Shown here: positions 1-15,600 of the stretch, one piece after another
Position numbering within the stretch: the first letter of the stretch is position 1
Layout of the letters: every line of letters begins with the position of its first letter
Source: Antedon mediterranea
Taxonomy: Eukaryota > Animalia > Echinodermata
Reading direction: 5' to 3'
DNA: 64,000 nt
Assembly (NCBI RefSeq): GCF_964355755.1
Contig: NC_092679.1
Location: forward strand, 3,626,201 to 3,690,200
The notes under the pieces: model-generated
What the model was told of the DNA's origin: nothing
The model's input: the letters and a program-made list of their open reading frames with translations, nothing else
The model's database searches: none
Position numbers and translations under genes: made by a program

Positions 1-2
1 TA

Positions 3-182
3 CATGAAAGAGGACAGAACGAAAGTATTTGGGTCAATCAGGAGGTGATAACGCTTAGAAAAGGCGGGGCCTACCCCCAATTTTCAAATTTCTACGAACA
101 CCTGAGATACAGAACCATTTTCAGCTTTATAATACTCTTATTAATTTTCCATTTTTACGAGGCTTTAATTTCACCATCATAA
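3..182 (+). CDS. possible 3' terminal coding exon of an upstream gene (hydrophobic C-terminus)
   Basis: Frame is open from nt 3 to TAA 180-182: HERGQNESIWVNQEVITLRKGGAYPQFSNFYEHLRYRTIFSFIILLLIFHFYEALISPS*. More GC-rich than the sequence that follows. No homology recognised. Confidence 0.3.
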   Translation, partial: HERGQNESIWVNQEVITLRKGGAYPQFSNFYEHLRYRTIFSFIILLLIFHFYEALISPS

Positions 183-3100
183 TTACATTGACACACATTT
201 TTATAAATATAATTTTGAAGATTCTTATTATTATAATTTAGGTTTACACAGTACTTATTATAAATCACTATTAAAACAAAGAGAATATTGTCAGTCAGTC
301 ATTGCCAATTTTAAAATATTTTTATTTATCTCAAGCAAAATAATCTAGTTTTAAAAACTGTTCATCATTTGTTTTTGCAGCACTGTAAATTTTCCTTTCA
401 AATTGACAGGAAAATGTATGTTAATTAATATATTGCTGATTGTTAAAAATATTTATTGTATGTTAAACAATCCTATCAGTTTGAATAATTATTGATTTCT
501 TTCCCCAATCACTGACCCGCGACGAATGCACTGACCCGTGTTAAATGAGTTGACCCATGATAAATTGGAAATTCATTATCGTTGCAACTATAACACACTG
601 GCAGGATCAATGTAATGTGCCCAGTACAATAGTAGCAGTCTTTGAATAAATTAAACGGGAATGAGGGAGGTGTCATATAAATAAAAACCTACATACATTG
701 ATATTAATATTAAAAAAAACAGCACAGTTGAATTATTGTTACACATGAAGAATTACTTAATTATAGTAACTCTTATAACAATTAATCATATTCATATTTA
801 TTTATTCTTAAATAATATTTCAGGCCTTCAGAATGTCCTAATTAATTTTAAATATATTTTTTTGAAAATCTAATTCTTTTACAAATAGAAGAAATAGAAA
901 TAGTTGTCTAGAAACAAATATTGGTAGTCATGGTGAATTGTTTTTAATTATTCGCATAATCTTACTTACGGTATTTATCTCTCTTCCCTCGGTGAATTAT
1001 CGCGTTAATGTTATACAGATTTTACACACTCTGTTTAATTTATTTTCATTGTAACTAAGAATTTCATTTGAAAATTAACAATCGGATGAATAAGAATGCG
1101 AGCTATAAAATCACAATATAAATATTACATAACGTTACTTTGGTTATGTGATCATTTCTATGTACAAAAAGTAACAAAATAAATATTATTATAAGTTATA
1201 AACTACAAGAAATGAACAAATATGTGATATTGTACGTGTGCAAATAATATTTGAATTAATGTATAAATGGTTTTGTCAAAATCATTACCATTTTTGCACA
1301 GAAAAAATGAATAATATAACTAAACATTTGTTTTCTCTCTTTTCAAGTTGTTAGAAAGATATAAATATAAAAATACACAATTTGCACAATGTTTATGGGT
1401 GATTCTGGGAGGGGGGATATTTTGCACACCTTATTCGGAGTAAATAATAAATAAAAATCTTTTTTTCACATAAATTTTGAAATTGCATAAATTAAGGAAT
1501 CAGACCGTCTCATTTATTGGACGTTCATTCTCTAATTCTCATTTTAAAGGTCAAAGGCCAAAAGTATAATTTATTTTACGATGTCTTTTTGCAGACCACG
1601 TAATCATATGGTAAAAACCAGAACACTGTTAAAATTCAGTATTAACCGACGTCTAATTATTTCTATAAAAAAAATTTTTTATTTAACATAACTTTAATAA
1701 ATAAAATTGTGATTGAATAATTTATACAATAACCTGTTTTACAGTATTATTTTTTAATACACACAGTATATGGAAACGGTTTAGACATTTTTCATTTAGA
1801 ACAGTCTGGATAAAAAAAAAACATTTTAAACAGAAACAATTGCCATGATTATGTGTTATGCTACATCATGTGTGTATAATTCATAAATGACAAATGCAGA
1901 ACCCAGTACACTTAGTGCAACATTAAATACCAAAAATGACAAATTATTATTAAAATGCAGCTTGTTTTAAGTGTTTTGATGGTAAAAGGCAGAAAAAAAA
2001 TCATATACTACTATGCAGAATAGCAAACAAGTTTTACAAGTACAGGAGTATAAAAAGCTTATAAAATGTTAGCTGTAGCTATAACAACTTACTACATTAG
2101 CAGAATATCAAAATATTAAAATCAATATCAAAGCATAATTTAAATATATGAATATGCATGTTGTGGAAAATATTGGATGAGACAATCAGTATCATAGACA
2201 GTAGTATAAATTAATACATTTAGAATATCCATATGAAACATGAATATTCATGAATGCATAATCTCATGAATATGCATTTCAATTTAAATAAATACATAAA
2301 TAGCTTAATTATCAAATTGATAGTCTCCTATATTTAATTTTAAAATGCATAAATCTGTTTCCGCAGCTTTTAAAGAGAAAGTATTACACTTAATTTCAAT
2401 TTATCAAAATTGTAAATAATCTTTGATTTGTAAAGATATGCAGCAATTTGATAAGATTCAATAACAGGCGTTTAAACTGCAGTGCTCATGAAAAAAAAAG
2501 ATTTAAATAATATTGATATTAAATAGATTTGGTTTTTAACATATACAGTTACATATTAACCTACTCTTAAATATAGACATCCTATTTAACCAAGTATTTG
2601 CTAATAAACAAACAGTGTGTTGTGATATCATTGGCAAATTTGTCACAATGTATCACATGTGACACCTGTATCATCCATAAGCCATAACCTTAATAAAACA
2701 GGCATAACATTTGATACATATGTGACACTGTATTACATATTTTGCGATACAGAGAACAGAGAATCGTGTGACAAGGCCTGGTCATTATGTTTACATTATG
2801 GAAATTTGAAATCATTTGTAAATGAGGAATATTAATACTGTACTGTATATGAAATTCATTACTGAAAACTTTTTCTTTTTTGTACAACATACATTAATTG
2901 ATTCACAGGAGCACCGGTGATAAATTCATCAAATAATCATTATTGATAAAATGAGAGGAGAGATTGTAAGCTAGGCACGAATTGACTAGTAAAATAAATA
3001 AATTTTAAAATTTGAATTTACAGATTGCGTATATTTGGGTCTAAAATTTGTCATCTCCTCCAATCTAAATTTGAATCTTAAAAAGTTTTAAAATTAAATA

Positions 3101-3610
3101 AATATTCATTAATTATGCATACATAATTTATTAGCATGACCCAGCCATACTGACTTATTTTTTACTTATCATTATTGAATGTTTTTTCTGAATAAATTAC
3201 ATAAATACTTTTGTTTGGATAATCTTTACGTTTTGCTATATTTATAGTTAAAAATCACAAAATAGTTTTTTCATTTGTTTTAAATAATTTTAAAATTGTT
3301 CTAAGAATTTTGGCATTAGATGAGATACAAACAGATCTAGCCTATTCAAGTATAAATTTTTCAAACGTGTGAGCCCCCACCCTCTTTTTTACAAAATTCT
3401 TAATGTTCTATTCAAGGGAAAGTATAAACTTACAAAGATAAAAAATATTATATATCTTATTTTTAATTTCTCTATTATATTTACATTATTTTACAATATG
3501 TATTTTTTACGAAATTAGACGGAATACCAAAAGACATATAAAAACCTCATTGTCTTGAATAAGAAAGATAGATTTTTGTTTTTAGGTAGACAAAACAAGT
3601 TTGGATTCTT

Positions 3611-6600
3611 TTACATTCCCACGTCCACAAGCACATGCATTATCTGGTCGAGTTCGTCCGTGAGATCTGTCCGACAAAGTCCTTGCGTCGTTGGCGATTC
3701 TAAACTGTACGGACTTAAGTCTAAACACACAGATTTTAACAAGTCGTCGGCGGTACACATTGGAGTAACTGATTTTGAGTTTGGTATAACGGACGCTGTA
3801 ATGTCATAATCATATTGCGTGATGTCAATATCACGGAAGAAATCGTCCGGTGAGAGTTGGTCAGCGGGATTCATTAGAATGTCGCAGCTAAAGTCGTGAG
3901 CCTTTAACGAAGGAGAGTCAGTGAATATTCTCTGAGGTTTATGTATAGTATTTGGTTGGTTAGCACCAACATGAGTATTATTTGATTTTAACGTCGGCAA
4001 AGTCCTGTTATCAAGTATGTCAGAAGCACACACGTTTTCAGTTCGTTTGCATAAGTTGAGGGCACCGATTGCATCTTTCTTCACAATGTGACATAACCCA
4101 TCCTCGCCTATTCGAGGTTCTGGGTTCGCTTCATCCTCTTCTTCCTTTCCAGTCTGGTTTGCAGCGATTAAATTTGTGAGCCTTTTACAGTCGTGGAATT
4201 TACCCTCTGATCGGAGTTCTTTTTCAATTTGTCGTAACGTGTTACATATAAGAACAGAACGTCGCAAACATGGCTCGATCAGAGCACGGCTCATTTGTAA
4301 TTTGCATATTGAAATGTTAAGAACAGACTGACGTTGGACGCAATAGTGGATACCACCGCGCCCTTCTATTTCGTCTACTTCAATGAATTTGCGTTTTAAT
4401 CTGGGATTCACTAAGACAGGCATTGAACTGAAAGAAAAAAATAAGAGAAATAATTACTTATGAAAAATGATAACTCTCATTATTAATACATTAACCCTTT
4501 CACATCACCTAGAAACAACTCCTAAGTTTACACACCCCGGGCTGCACACCATACAAAATGCAGCAGTTTTCTACCAGAAAGGGATGTAAAAATATTTCAT
4601 TTTCAGGGAGTTCAGAATAAATTACCAAATTCAACAACAAAAATCAAAAATAATTTTCATTTTTGAATGAATGGATTGTCGGTACTAAATAAAAAATTAA
4701 TAGTATTAAATTAGTAGTTGAATTAATAATTTGAAAAATACAAAATAAATACTGAATTTTGTTGACATTTTAAATCAGATCTTTTATATACCTTACGAAT
4801 TGCCAATATGAAACTAAGCCGTTCCCTGCTATAATACATTAGATTTGCAGGCAAATAAAATGGTTGAATGTGAATTATTATGCTGGTATTATAAACAAAG
4901 CTAGAGCATAAAGCTTGTTTGTTTATGAAATAAAAGTTATTACAATTATTATATTAAAAGTTATAGACCACTTGTTCTATATTTCACTTTTTTTGGTGAG
5001 CCTTCATAAAAAAAAGCCATATAAACAATATATGTCTGAATTTCTGATATCATAAACGTCACTGAAATAAAATTAAAAGAAAATGTCCAGGAACAATGCA
5101 TTAAAAATAGTTGATTTATTACAAGTATGTAATAAATGTTTATCACCTAAAAAACAGTATAAAATTATCATCAGAATTTAATTCCTCAAAAGATGTATAA
5201 AATAATGTCTAACACTGTGAATTGTATGGTACATTGAGCACAGACTAGGTACACAGGCTAGGGCCTTGACCTCAATCCACGACCTACCTTATTACTAATG
5301 CACTGAATAAGAATAATTCAAAGTAACTACAGTACGTTTAGATACACTGGATTCTATATGCACTGTGTCTGCTGGTACAGTACTCTATAGATTACAATGT
5401 TATACAAACTATAATTGAGTATACTCATTAGTTATCCGCACTTGGCGGATAACTCCTTGTTATTGTATGGGATCAATATTTTTTTCTGTATTATTCTTCT
5501 TTCTTTCTCGCTATTTTTGTGTAGAGCGTTTCTCTAAAATGTGTAAACATAACATTTTATAACTTTGACAACATGTGGGCATTTACGTGAAGTTGTGCAC
5601 CTCCTATTTTTGAATTACGTCAGAGTTGCGCAACGTGACTTACGCGCGATTTTATAATTTTTCATGATTGATCATAGATTAAAAACTAAAAGTGATTTTT
5701 AATTGACACTTTGTGAAAGTTTAATTTATATCATTCGCTAACTTTCTGTTTGAAAAAAATTGCGTGTTTTAAACAAAGTTACGCGCGCACGCGCATTTAA
5801 AATTTCAAAATACGCAAAAATAATTTCTAATCAACTTTCTACGCGTTTCATGTCATTTTAAGCATGTACAAAATTACCGCGCGCGCGAAAAATATTACGC
5901 GCACGGTGCACATAGAGCATGAAAATCATGTTTTTTTCTCTTGAATTGTGATTTTCCAGCCTTTCCTAGTCATTTTCAAAAAGATTAACATCATTTCAAA
6001 TTAAAATTACGTCATACGAACACGTTGATTTAGCCCATTTGCGCGCGTTTTAGTTGAAAAAGTTACAAAATGTTGTCAAAATTATGCCTATTTTGAATGT
6101 TTTATAGCTTCTCAGGATCAACGATTACCCCTAATTTTTTTAACTTAATATGTAAGCAGATATGTTGTAGATATGAATTCATGCAGAATTTTTACCTCAC
6201 GGATGTTGTGACGTCATCATATGGCCACACGAATGTAAAATATAGGATTTTTTTGTCTTTCGTTATTGCTCATCACATTCAATGGAGCGCATCACGCTTA
6301 TACGTATTTCTTTTTCTCCGAGAATTTAATATTGTCTAGGTCAATCAACTATCTTTCACATGAGATAAAAATATTTTAATTTTTATGACGTCATCATGCC
6401 TAAAAATTTTAATTACGTGGGTCATTAATTTCATCTTTACAGTAAATTTTAATCTGTAATAGCCCGTCAAAATAAAATGTGATAATCACGATTAAAACAT
6501 TTTCTGGAAGCTCTTGGATTGTAGATATGAAATCATGTGAACATTTTGCCAATCAGATGCTGTGACGTCATCATATTGCAAGTTAAATAAAAAGTCGTAT

Positions 6601-9600
6601 TTTCATCTTTTGCATCATAGTTCATTATATTTAAAAGAGCGCGCATCAATATTAAACGTATTCAAATTTCTTCTACACGTTAATATGTTGTTGCTGAGAT
6701 AATTTGCTTCCGAAATTGCTATCTTAGTGTTTCATCTTGATACCGTCGCCATGTTACAAATTTGAATAAATGGCGGGTCCCGTAATTTCACCTATTCTAC
6801 ACTGTATGTAACATGTATACAGATTATACTGTTTGCATGTATATACTATATGACACAAAATTGACAGAATTCAGCACTAACAACATATCATATTCTTCAG
6901 ATCAGGTCATAATGCCATAATTTTTTCTGTGTGCAATATTCTAACGTATGACGTGCACGTGGCCTTTGTCGTGCGGATAACTAACTCGTCAAAGTGACGA
7001 GTTACATGTCTAGTTTATTGCTTACTTTTGATACAAATCTGTATAAAGCTCTGTCCACACTATCAAATATTATGTGACAAAATCACTACTATATTTGGGC
7101 GTATCACTACCATATTTGGGCACATCACATTTTTTTTTTCAAACTAGTTTGATAGTGTAGACAGAGCTTAAGAATATTTGTCCTTGTAAAGAATTATTTT
7201 AGTGTATTGACAAAAGAAACAGATTTGCCCTTTGTATTCATATGAATGTACATATTAATGATAATGATTATTGTTTATAATAACAACATTTATAATAATT
7301 AATAACAATAAAAACCATTGAAATAACTACAATTAACACCTTTACAGTATTTAAGGAGTGAGTACGAAATCAGTTTGAGCTCCTTATTCTCACTCCTGTG
7401 AGCAATGACCAAATAAATAATTAATAATAATAATAATAGGTTTAAATTTTAAAATGCCATTATGAAATATTGGAGTGAGTACGGAATCAGTTTGAGCTCC
7501 TTATCCTCTCACTCCTGTGAGCAGTGACTAAATAAATAATTAATAATAGGTTTAAATTTTAAAATGCCATTATGAAATATTGAAGTGAGTACAGAATCAG
7601 TTTAAGCTCCGCGGTGACCAAATAAATATAATTATTAATAGGTTTAAATTTTAAAATGCCATAATGAAATATTGTTGGAATTAAGGGAAGGATAGGGATA
7701 GAAGGAAATGGTATCCACAGTAACATTAAAACATCCAGGGTATGAAAAATAATATTTTTTTATCACCAATCAACATTAAATAAAATGCTTCAAATATAAA
7801 AGGAAGAGTTTTAAAATTATATCCTCTAATTGTATTTTTATAACAACAGGAAGAACATTTAAAATCCTAACCTGGGCTCACTTTAGTATCAGTGAAAAAG
7901 CACTCCTTGAAAAGTGATGCATTTCAATCAGCAGTTAGTATATAATTAATGCAGTTATGTAATGTATGTTTGAGAAATTTGAGTAACAGAGTACAACATG
8001 CAATGTTTTATAATTAATACTGTTATGTTTGGTTTGAGAGATGTGAATAATTTGCGAGTAACAAGGTACAACATCCAATACACTTGCAGTCGTCCGCTGT
8101 GAGCTCATTCACAATGTGCATGTTTGACTTAACAGTTAGGAATCCCAAATATTACACCAATGCTGATAAAACACTAGGTCACAACAACCTGGCTGGCTCC
8201 ATACCTCAACACATTTGTAACACTCTATCTATGTAATGATGTATGTTACAAGTACTTAGTCGTGTAATGTTTATAATTCTATCAGATTTTATCAACCTAA
8301 TTAAAATTTCTACATTTGTCATTACATTAATTAAATGCTAATTTAGATTCTAATCAATATTTAAAGACTTCTTAATCTGTGACAAAATATTTACTCAAAT
8401 ACACACAGAAATTCGGCCGAATTACGAACGCAAGGAAATAAAGATAAATACTACGGAAATGCATAACAACTACACAATAACTATGATTTGCTGTTGATGA
8501 TGGGAAACCTGTGGCAAAACACAATTATTTTAAACAAATCACCGACCTACTGTACACCATGAAAATATTTTATACGTTTTACTGAATTTATTTAAATTTA
8601 TAGCAAGTTGAGAACTCTCTGCAGTTGTACTGTTTAACGTAGAATTGTTGATAATTAATGTAATTTAATAATAAAAGGAAACAAAATTCCTACTATCTAT
8701 CTAACCAGGAAAAGCAATTCTATTGTCACGTAGCATTGTACAAACATCCTTGTGGTGCCTTATGGTCCTGCCATTGTTAGTGTTTACAGGCCTACAGTAG
8801 TACTAATTGTTCTATGATCCTACTGCAAAGTACTTGAATACCTTTAGACGTATTCATAACTTGTCATAATAAAATAACAGAGGTACGCATACAGAGGCTG
8901 TCAATATTTTCATTGCTAATATACACTTGGAAATATAGGCCGAAAATATCAGGGCATCTATTTTGTTTTAAATTTAATTTTGTTTTTTTTATCTCAGTAC
9001 TGGCGTACAGTAACAACAATTAATGATCTTGATGAGTAGCAAGATAGTAATTAAAAATAATGTATCGGGTTAATCTTCTAAATACCAGTTCATAGTTTTT
9101 TTTAAACTGCTACTTTATTCCTCTATGTACTGTATATTGCAAACAATACATTTATTAACAGTACATTATTTATTAGGTTTTTTCCTGGTTTATATTCATC
9201 AACTTTTTCTTTTTTACACTTGTGTTAAACAGCGCATAGAGACTACACAGTATTTGTATTTTGCGCTATATAAATTTAAAACCATTAACCATACAGTACA
9301 CCACAATTTGAAAACATATTTATAAACTTTTCTTATCTTGTATAAAACAAATAATAACTTCCCATGAAATACTTGAATTGAATAACGTATTTTTATTTAC
9401 TTTCATTATCAAAATATTTTGCACTATACAGTTAATTTTTAAAAAACAACAAATTAGTACTGTACTGAAAAAGCTAAAATGCCTTTTCTAGAAAAAAATA
9501 TTTAGTTTTATTATCTATTATTTGAAAATAACATGACAATCTTGATGGTGCAACATAAAATCCACTGTTTCACAAAAACTGTAAGTTTCTTCCACTTAAC

Positions 9601-12600
9601 AACAGGGGAGGCAGCGGTTAATACCATTACTTAATAGGGGTGTTCAAACCAGTTTACAGTATTTGGCCCGAGTACCGTACCATTATCTTTTTTTTTTTCA
9701 ATTGTATGTGATGAAGATAAACACAATAATGTTTCAATTCAATTACCATACACAATAAAAGAAAAAGAAATTGATAAACGTTCGACTTTTTAAAATCAAA
9801 TGTAGTGGACATTATTAAAGGCATGTGACCATAGAGCACATACAAGGCTAGTAGTAGTACCAAATTCAAGATCATTACACGGTAGTGAAAACACATTTAT
9901 TCACCGGTCAACCAACTTACGGTAAAACCTACAAAGGTGACGAGCTTAAACGTTTAAAGTGTTTTACAGCTGTTGTTGTTCTTAACGTTTAAACACCGAA
10001 ACAAGTTCTGACTCACCTAATGCAATTAACAAATCTTACTAATTTCACGATGACCAGGTTGTTTTTTAATGCGTAAATTCAGGTGCAAGCTATTACCGAT
10101 TCTCAGCTACCCGTGTCCATAACACGGGAAGAACGCCACGTTTAGAGAACGTGTATTCGTTTGACGTATGACCCGTTTATTAAATGACTTAATAATTCCT
10201 TCCTTTATAACCATCATTAATGTGTTACTCACATCCAACATGTTGTTTTCATTAAGTCGTGAAAGTAGCAATTTTAATAAAAGAAACTAATTACTGTAAA
10301 TATAAACATTAATAAAAATAGTTGTTATATCTTCAATGGGGCAATATATAAGGTGCTACAGGTAGGAGGTGAGAAGGAGCTTTTTCAGATCCCAAATCAA
10401 AATGTCGTGTTGAATTCAAAATACTTATTAGGGGCACATTTGCCTTATCCTGTTTCTATCGGTTTATATAAATATAATATTATTATTATGACAATTTTTT
10501 TTAAAATTACTACAAAGCGGCTTTGCATCAGGGAGCTAAGTTTTAAAAAAATACAAATATTTTCAGGAATATTTTTGAGGGGGAGGGGTGACTGATCTAA
10601 AATTTAGGTGATAAAAAAACTTAATTACTTAATTTATAAGTTTACACAATTCCTTTGTACATAAAAGGAAATTTTAAAAACAGGAAATATATTACAATTA
10701 CTTTTACAATAGAAATCTTTTAAAACCTCAGTGTTTCATTGTCTAAGTCTTTGTTTACGTGTAAGAGTTTTATTCACAGTGGCTAAAACTCTGAAAGAGA
10801 AGATGCGCTTGACTGAGCAAGTCAACTCTATAGATAGTTAGTACAACTTCCAGTGGGAAATATTAATCCACACAACTGGAAAAATTGAATGTTTAATAGA
10901 TCTACAATTGACCGTGATTTATAGAATTTCAAGAAGGTGATCATCCTTACAAAATAGCCAATAAGAGGACAAGTAATTGAATAAATACTTAATATACTGA
11001 ATACTATACTAAAAACTTTTATAATATTTCCACTTTTTGATTTAATTTCATAAATAAAAAAAATATGATACTATTTTTTCATCACAAATTTTTGAGTAAT
11101 AACAAAGACACACAAATATTGAGGATGGTCACTTTGCTACTGTTTCATAAATGTATAATTGGAAGTCCTAGATATTCAGAAACACAGTAGCATTGTAAAA
11201 CAGGGGTCAATAGGATCACATGTCTAATAAATATATGAACCAAAGACCTGAAAATATTGAAGATGGCCACTTTGCCAGTGTGCCATAAAAGTATAATTTC
11301 AGTCCGATACAATGTAGGAAAGTTTAGCATTGTAAACCAGGGGTCAAGAACGCAAGTATAATTTAAACATGACTTTTATAAATAGTTACAAACAATATAA
11401 GGTACGATGCCAAAAAAGTATTTTTCAATGATACAAAAAATAATTGATAATAATTGATGCACAATTTTACAAATAAACGGAAATATTAAAACAATATTTT
11501 TAATATAAAAACATCAAATTGAATAGAAATTAATTTCTCAAAACATATTCACAAATTGCTGTAATAGAAATTATATAGCGTTTTGCAGAAACAGAATGAA
11601 ATCACTGTATTTCGCTGAATTATGACTCATGTTAAAGTTTATGAAGAAAAGGATGTAAAATGAAGTATACAGTTTTGAAATATTATAAAAGGAAGTTAAA
11701 TATGTACTTGCCTTCTTAAAACTATAAGTCGACCCATAGAACTCCAGTGAGGTGCATATGTTTCTATGCACACAGGTTCTGGTAAAATAACTCATGTGGT
11801 ATCTCTCAATGATTTTAACTACCAATAATAATTGAAAAACTTTCTAGACAGATAACCAAAAACTGCAATGCGAGAGTTTTAGCACTGAATTGTGATTTAT
11901 CCTAATATGGGAAGTCGTATTGGCATTGCTCAAAGTATCCTGTCTGTAGGCCATGCAGGAACAAAATAATGTTACTCATATAAAAAGATTATTAAAAATC
12001 GCAACCTCTTCACTTAAAACGCAATTAACTTAAAATACTTAACATTACAAATTAATAACAAAATAATTATGTTTAATAAGCCAAAATATTATGAATGAAT
12101 GTTGTTTTATTTATTTAAAATTATTATGATTTTGTGTTGGTTTAAAAAGATAGTAACATGTTTTTTTTCTGATGTGGCCAATTTCCTGTAAACTGTTTTG
12201 AATGTACGCTACTTGCTTGCGACAGCTACAAACAAAGCCTCCACTGGTTTTTTGAGATTTTGTTGGGAAGTACAGAAGTGTGACTACTATTTTATAAATG
12301 CAGCCAAAAAATAAAAGGAAGCTAGAAGCCAAGCAGTGTTACGCTTGGGCAAATAATCAAACATGATTACACAATCTCCCACCCCATATCATTCCTTTAA
12401 ATCAGCACAAATTATTGTTATACTGACAGTTCTACGGAGTTATAATTAAAATTTAATTATAAGCAAAGAAATCGCAGATGATTAGGCATTTATAAATGCA
12501 TATAAGAATTAACAGGCCAGTGATTAGCACGAACTAACGTTTACTTTAAAGCCCCATTCCCTACGTTTTTTAGATCTAATTTAAGATCACAAACTATATT

Positions 12601-15600
12601 TAATGTAAAAATAATACTATATGGTCCTATTGCGATAACTTTTTTCGTCTTTAAACTGTTAAAAATGTGAAAAATAAATCGATTTTAATAATTATAGCGG
12701 CCCGCTATAAATCCCAAAATGCATTGCGCGCGGATTGATATTTTTGTTTTTCACCTGTAATTCGCCCACTTTTCGATCGATCGTGAAGCCAAAACAAATG
12801 GAAGACTCCTAACTTTTCAGCGAAAATACCGGGTGTTCCCCAATTTGTATCAACGGAGTCTGGCAAAAATAGAAAGACAATTAATGCAGCAACTATACAA
12901 TGTCAGCCTAGGTATATAGCTAGCGTACGATGTTCGTACGTTACCGATGTTTACCAGCTAGGCCTACAAAACTAAGCCTAGCTAGGCTAGGCCTGAGACC
13001 GTCCACGAGAGGTCGATCGCCGCGAGCTACTTAGGTAGTGCATTGTTTCTCACTTTTTATCATAATTTACCATAAAACGTACATTTAAGACAAGGAATGA
13101 CATGGTTTAATGTTTTTAAAGTGATATATATGTATTATTTTCCAAAAAACGTCCAAAATTGCAGGGAAGGGGTCTTTAAAGTTTCTTCATTATTTTTCTC
13201 TGTTTTTTATCTACTTCTACCTCTAACTTTTAAGTAACTTTCAAGTCTGGATCCATAAACTATAGAGAACAGGATGGCGATGGGAGGGGTAGTCAGTTTT
13301 CACCACCCACCCTTAATTCCCCAGCACAGCTTGCTGTACTTTATATTAATAATTATATTTAAAGCATCTTTGCCTCGCATGTTTTTTAACCTCTCGCTAC
13401 GGCCTTGTTAGTAGACGGAGTCAGATGCAACACATTCTTGACACCCCCTCCCCCCACACACAAAAATAAATAAAATCCACCCCCTGTCTGTCTCTTTGTG
13501 GTGTTTACCATTGAATGTAGAATGCATGCACAGAAACCAAATGGGAGTCAAGAAACATGACATTGGAAGGGCTGGCCTATCCGATTCAGAGAGCGATGAA
13601 TCATCGTCTACTGTAGTACAAGCTCAACTAATATATGCAAACAGGACACTTTAGTCTTTTGTCAGCAAACTTTCTATGGCAAACCAGCAAATTATAAATA
13701 ATAAAACAAACCAAATTATGACTTCATTATGTTTTGTATACTGTAGGCCTATATATATTTATAATCATAATGATATAAGTAACGACTGTTTATTGTTAAT
13801 GACTGAATGTGATTTACAGTCATAATAAATATGTACTTTTACATGTTTAATATGCAGTCATAAAACGTATAATATGTGTATTAAAGGCAGTAATATTGAT
13901 ATTTTCTTTTGAATATAAAAGAGATTCTTAAACAGTGATTATAGAACAATGCAAGTAATCAATTTTCAAAACGAAGTATAACGCAATGAAATATGTAAAT
14001 AATAAATAGATACTGTACGTCATCATAGATGATATACATGCCGTTAACAGTTACCATGGTATTGTATCTAACAATAGGTGATATACTGAAAATGTATTAA
14101 TTAATTTGGAACGATAAGATGAGGAAATCTGTGAGAATGGAAAAAAGTCACCCCAACCAAGATTTTTTTTTGTTCAAACCCGCTTGGATAGGGACTCTTT
14201 AACTTACTGTACACACAACATCTATTAAGAAAGCAACCTCTATTAAGGGGACATTTTTTGGGTGCCGAAGGTCCTCTCATAATGTACAGTAATTATCACT
14301 GTTTTACTGTATTAATTTAATTTTTAAACAATGAACTTTGATTTTGTTTGCGTATCTGTATCATTTTTATCGAATGTTTTATCAATTGCATCAGGGTGGG
14401 GTATGCACATGTTTCTATTAATAGACCATGACTCTATCACTATCTCTTTGTGACTTATTGTATCTAGGCACTAGTATTACTGTATTGCCTATTATTGAGT
14501 AACAACAATGACACATCAAAAGGGTCACAAGTTCTTGTTTTCAAATCCTCAAAATACACTAAAAAAATGTATGAAAATTGTATCGTAGATGAATTAACAT
14601 TTAGTGTACAATAACTGTGTAAGGGAGGATCCGGGATTTTTAAATGGGTGTTCACTAGCATGTATGATATAGGCTGTCAAACATATATTAAAAAGTAGTC
14701 ACAATGTCATAGCTGTAAAAATAAGGACTCCTTTGGATCTACCTCTGCTGTTAGTGCATAGCTTTAAGGAACTCATTCTGTACCCCATGTATCTTGTTGT
14801 TAATTGATACATAAATGTGCTTAATTATTAATTAATTATTATTATTAAATTATAATTATTTAATTTTGTTCATGCAATGATAATCTGTGCTCTCTGTACT
14901 TTTTGTAGCTGGCTTCTCAATTATACCAACAAACACCATAACGAAATTATATTATAATGTACTTTTCAGTTTCTGCCCAAAAGGCATTCAAATTGCACCA
15001 TGGATTGAAATTACAATCACACTAACAGTATATAAAATGTAATAATATGTTTTTGAGTGCCTGTACTGTATATACCAATTCAGTTGCTATACTAAACATG
15101 TACATTATTGTTCAGAAGTACGCAAACCCTCTCTATATCTGTTTGAATTGGTTTAATGATGTGTATGTAGTACACAACCATGTAAGAGCCAGACAAATTA
15201 AAGTACTTGTGTGATACACTTCATAATTATTATCCATCAAAATGCACCTAATAACGCTGAATAAAATGCAACCAGTAGATATTTTATATCCAGGGTAGTT
15301 TGTTAGATTTTGATGACCCGAAGCTTAAAACATATACTATAAACGCAGCTGACAATTATGTGTGCATAATTATTAAAAATAGACAGACTAAAGCTCTGTC
15401 TACACTATCAAACAAAGTGTGAAGTATTAAGAATTGAACAGCGCCGTCTTCAGTTCCCTTTCTAAGTGTGAATGCAGCTTTAGTCAGAAATTTTAAGACC
15501 AACCTCATTTAAGCTCAGCTGTCTACATTATCAAACTATTTTGACAATAAAAATGTGATGTGACTAAACATGGCAGTGATGCCCAAATATGGCAGTGATA

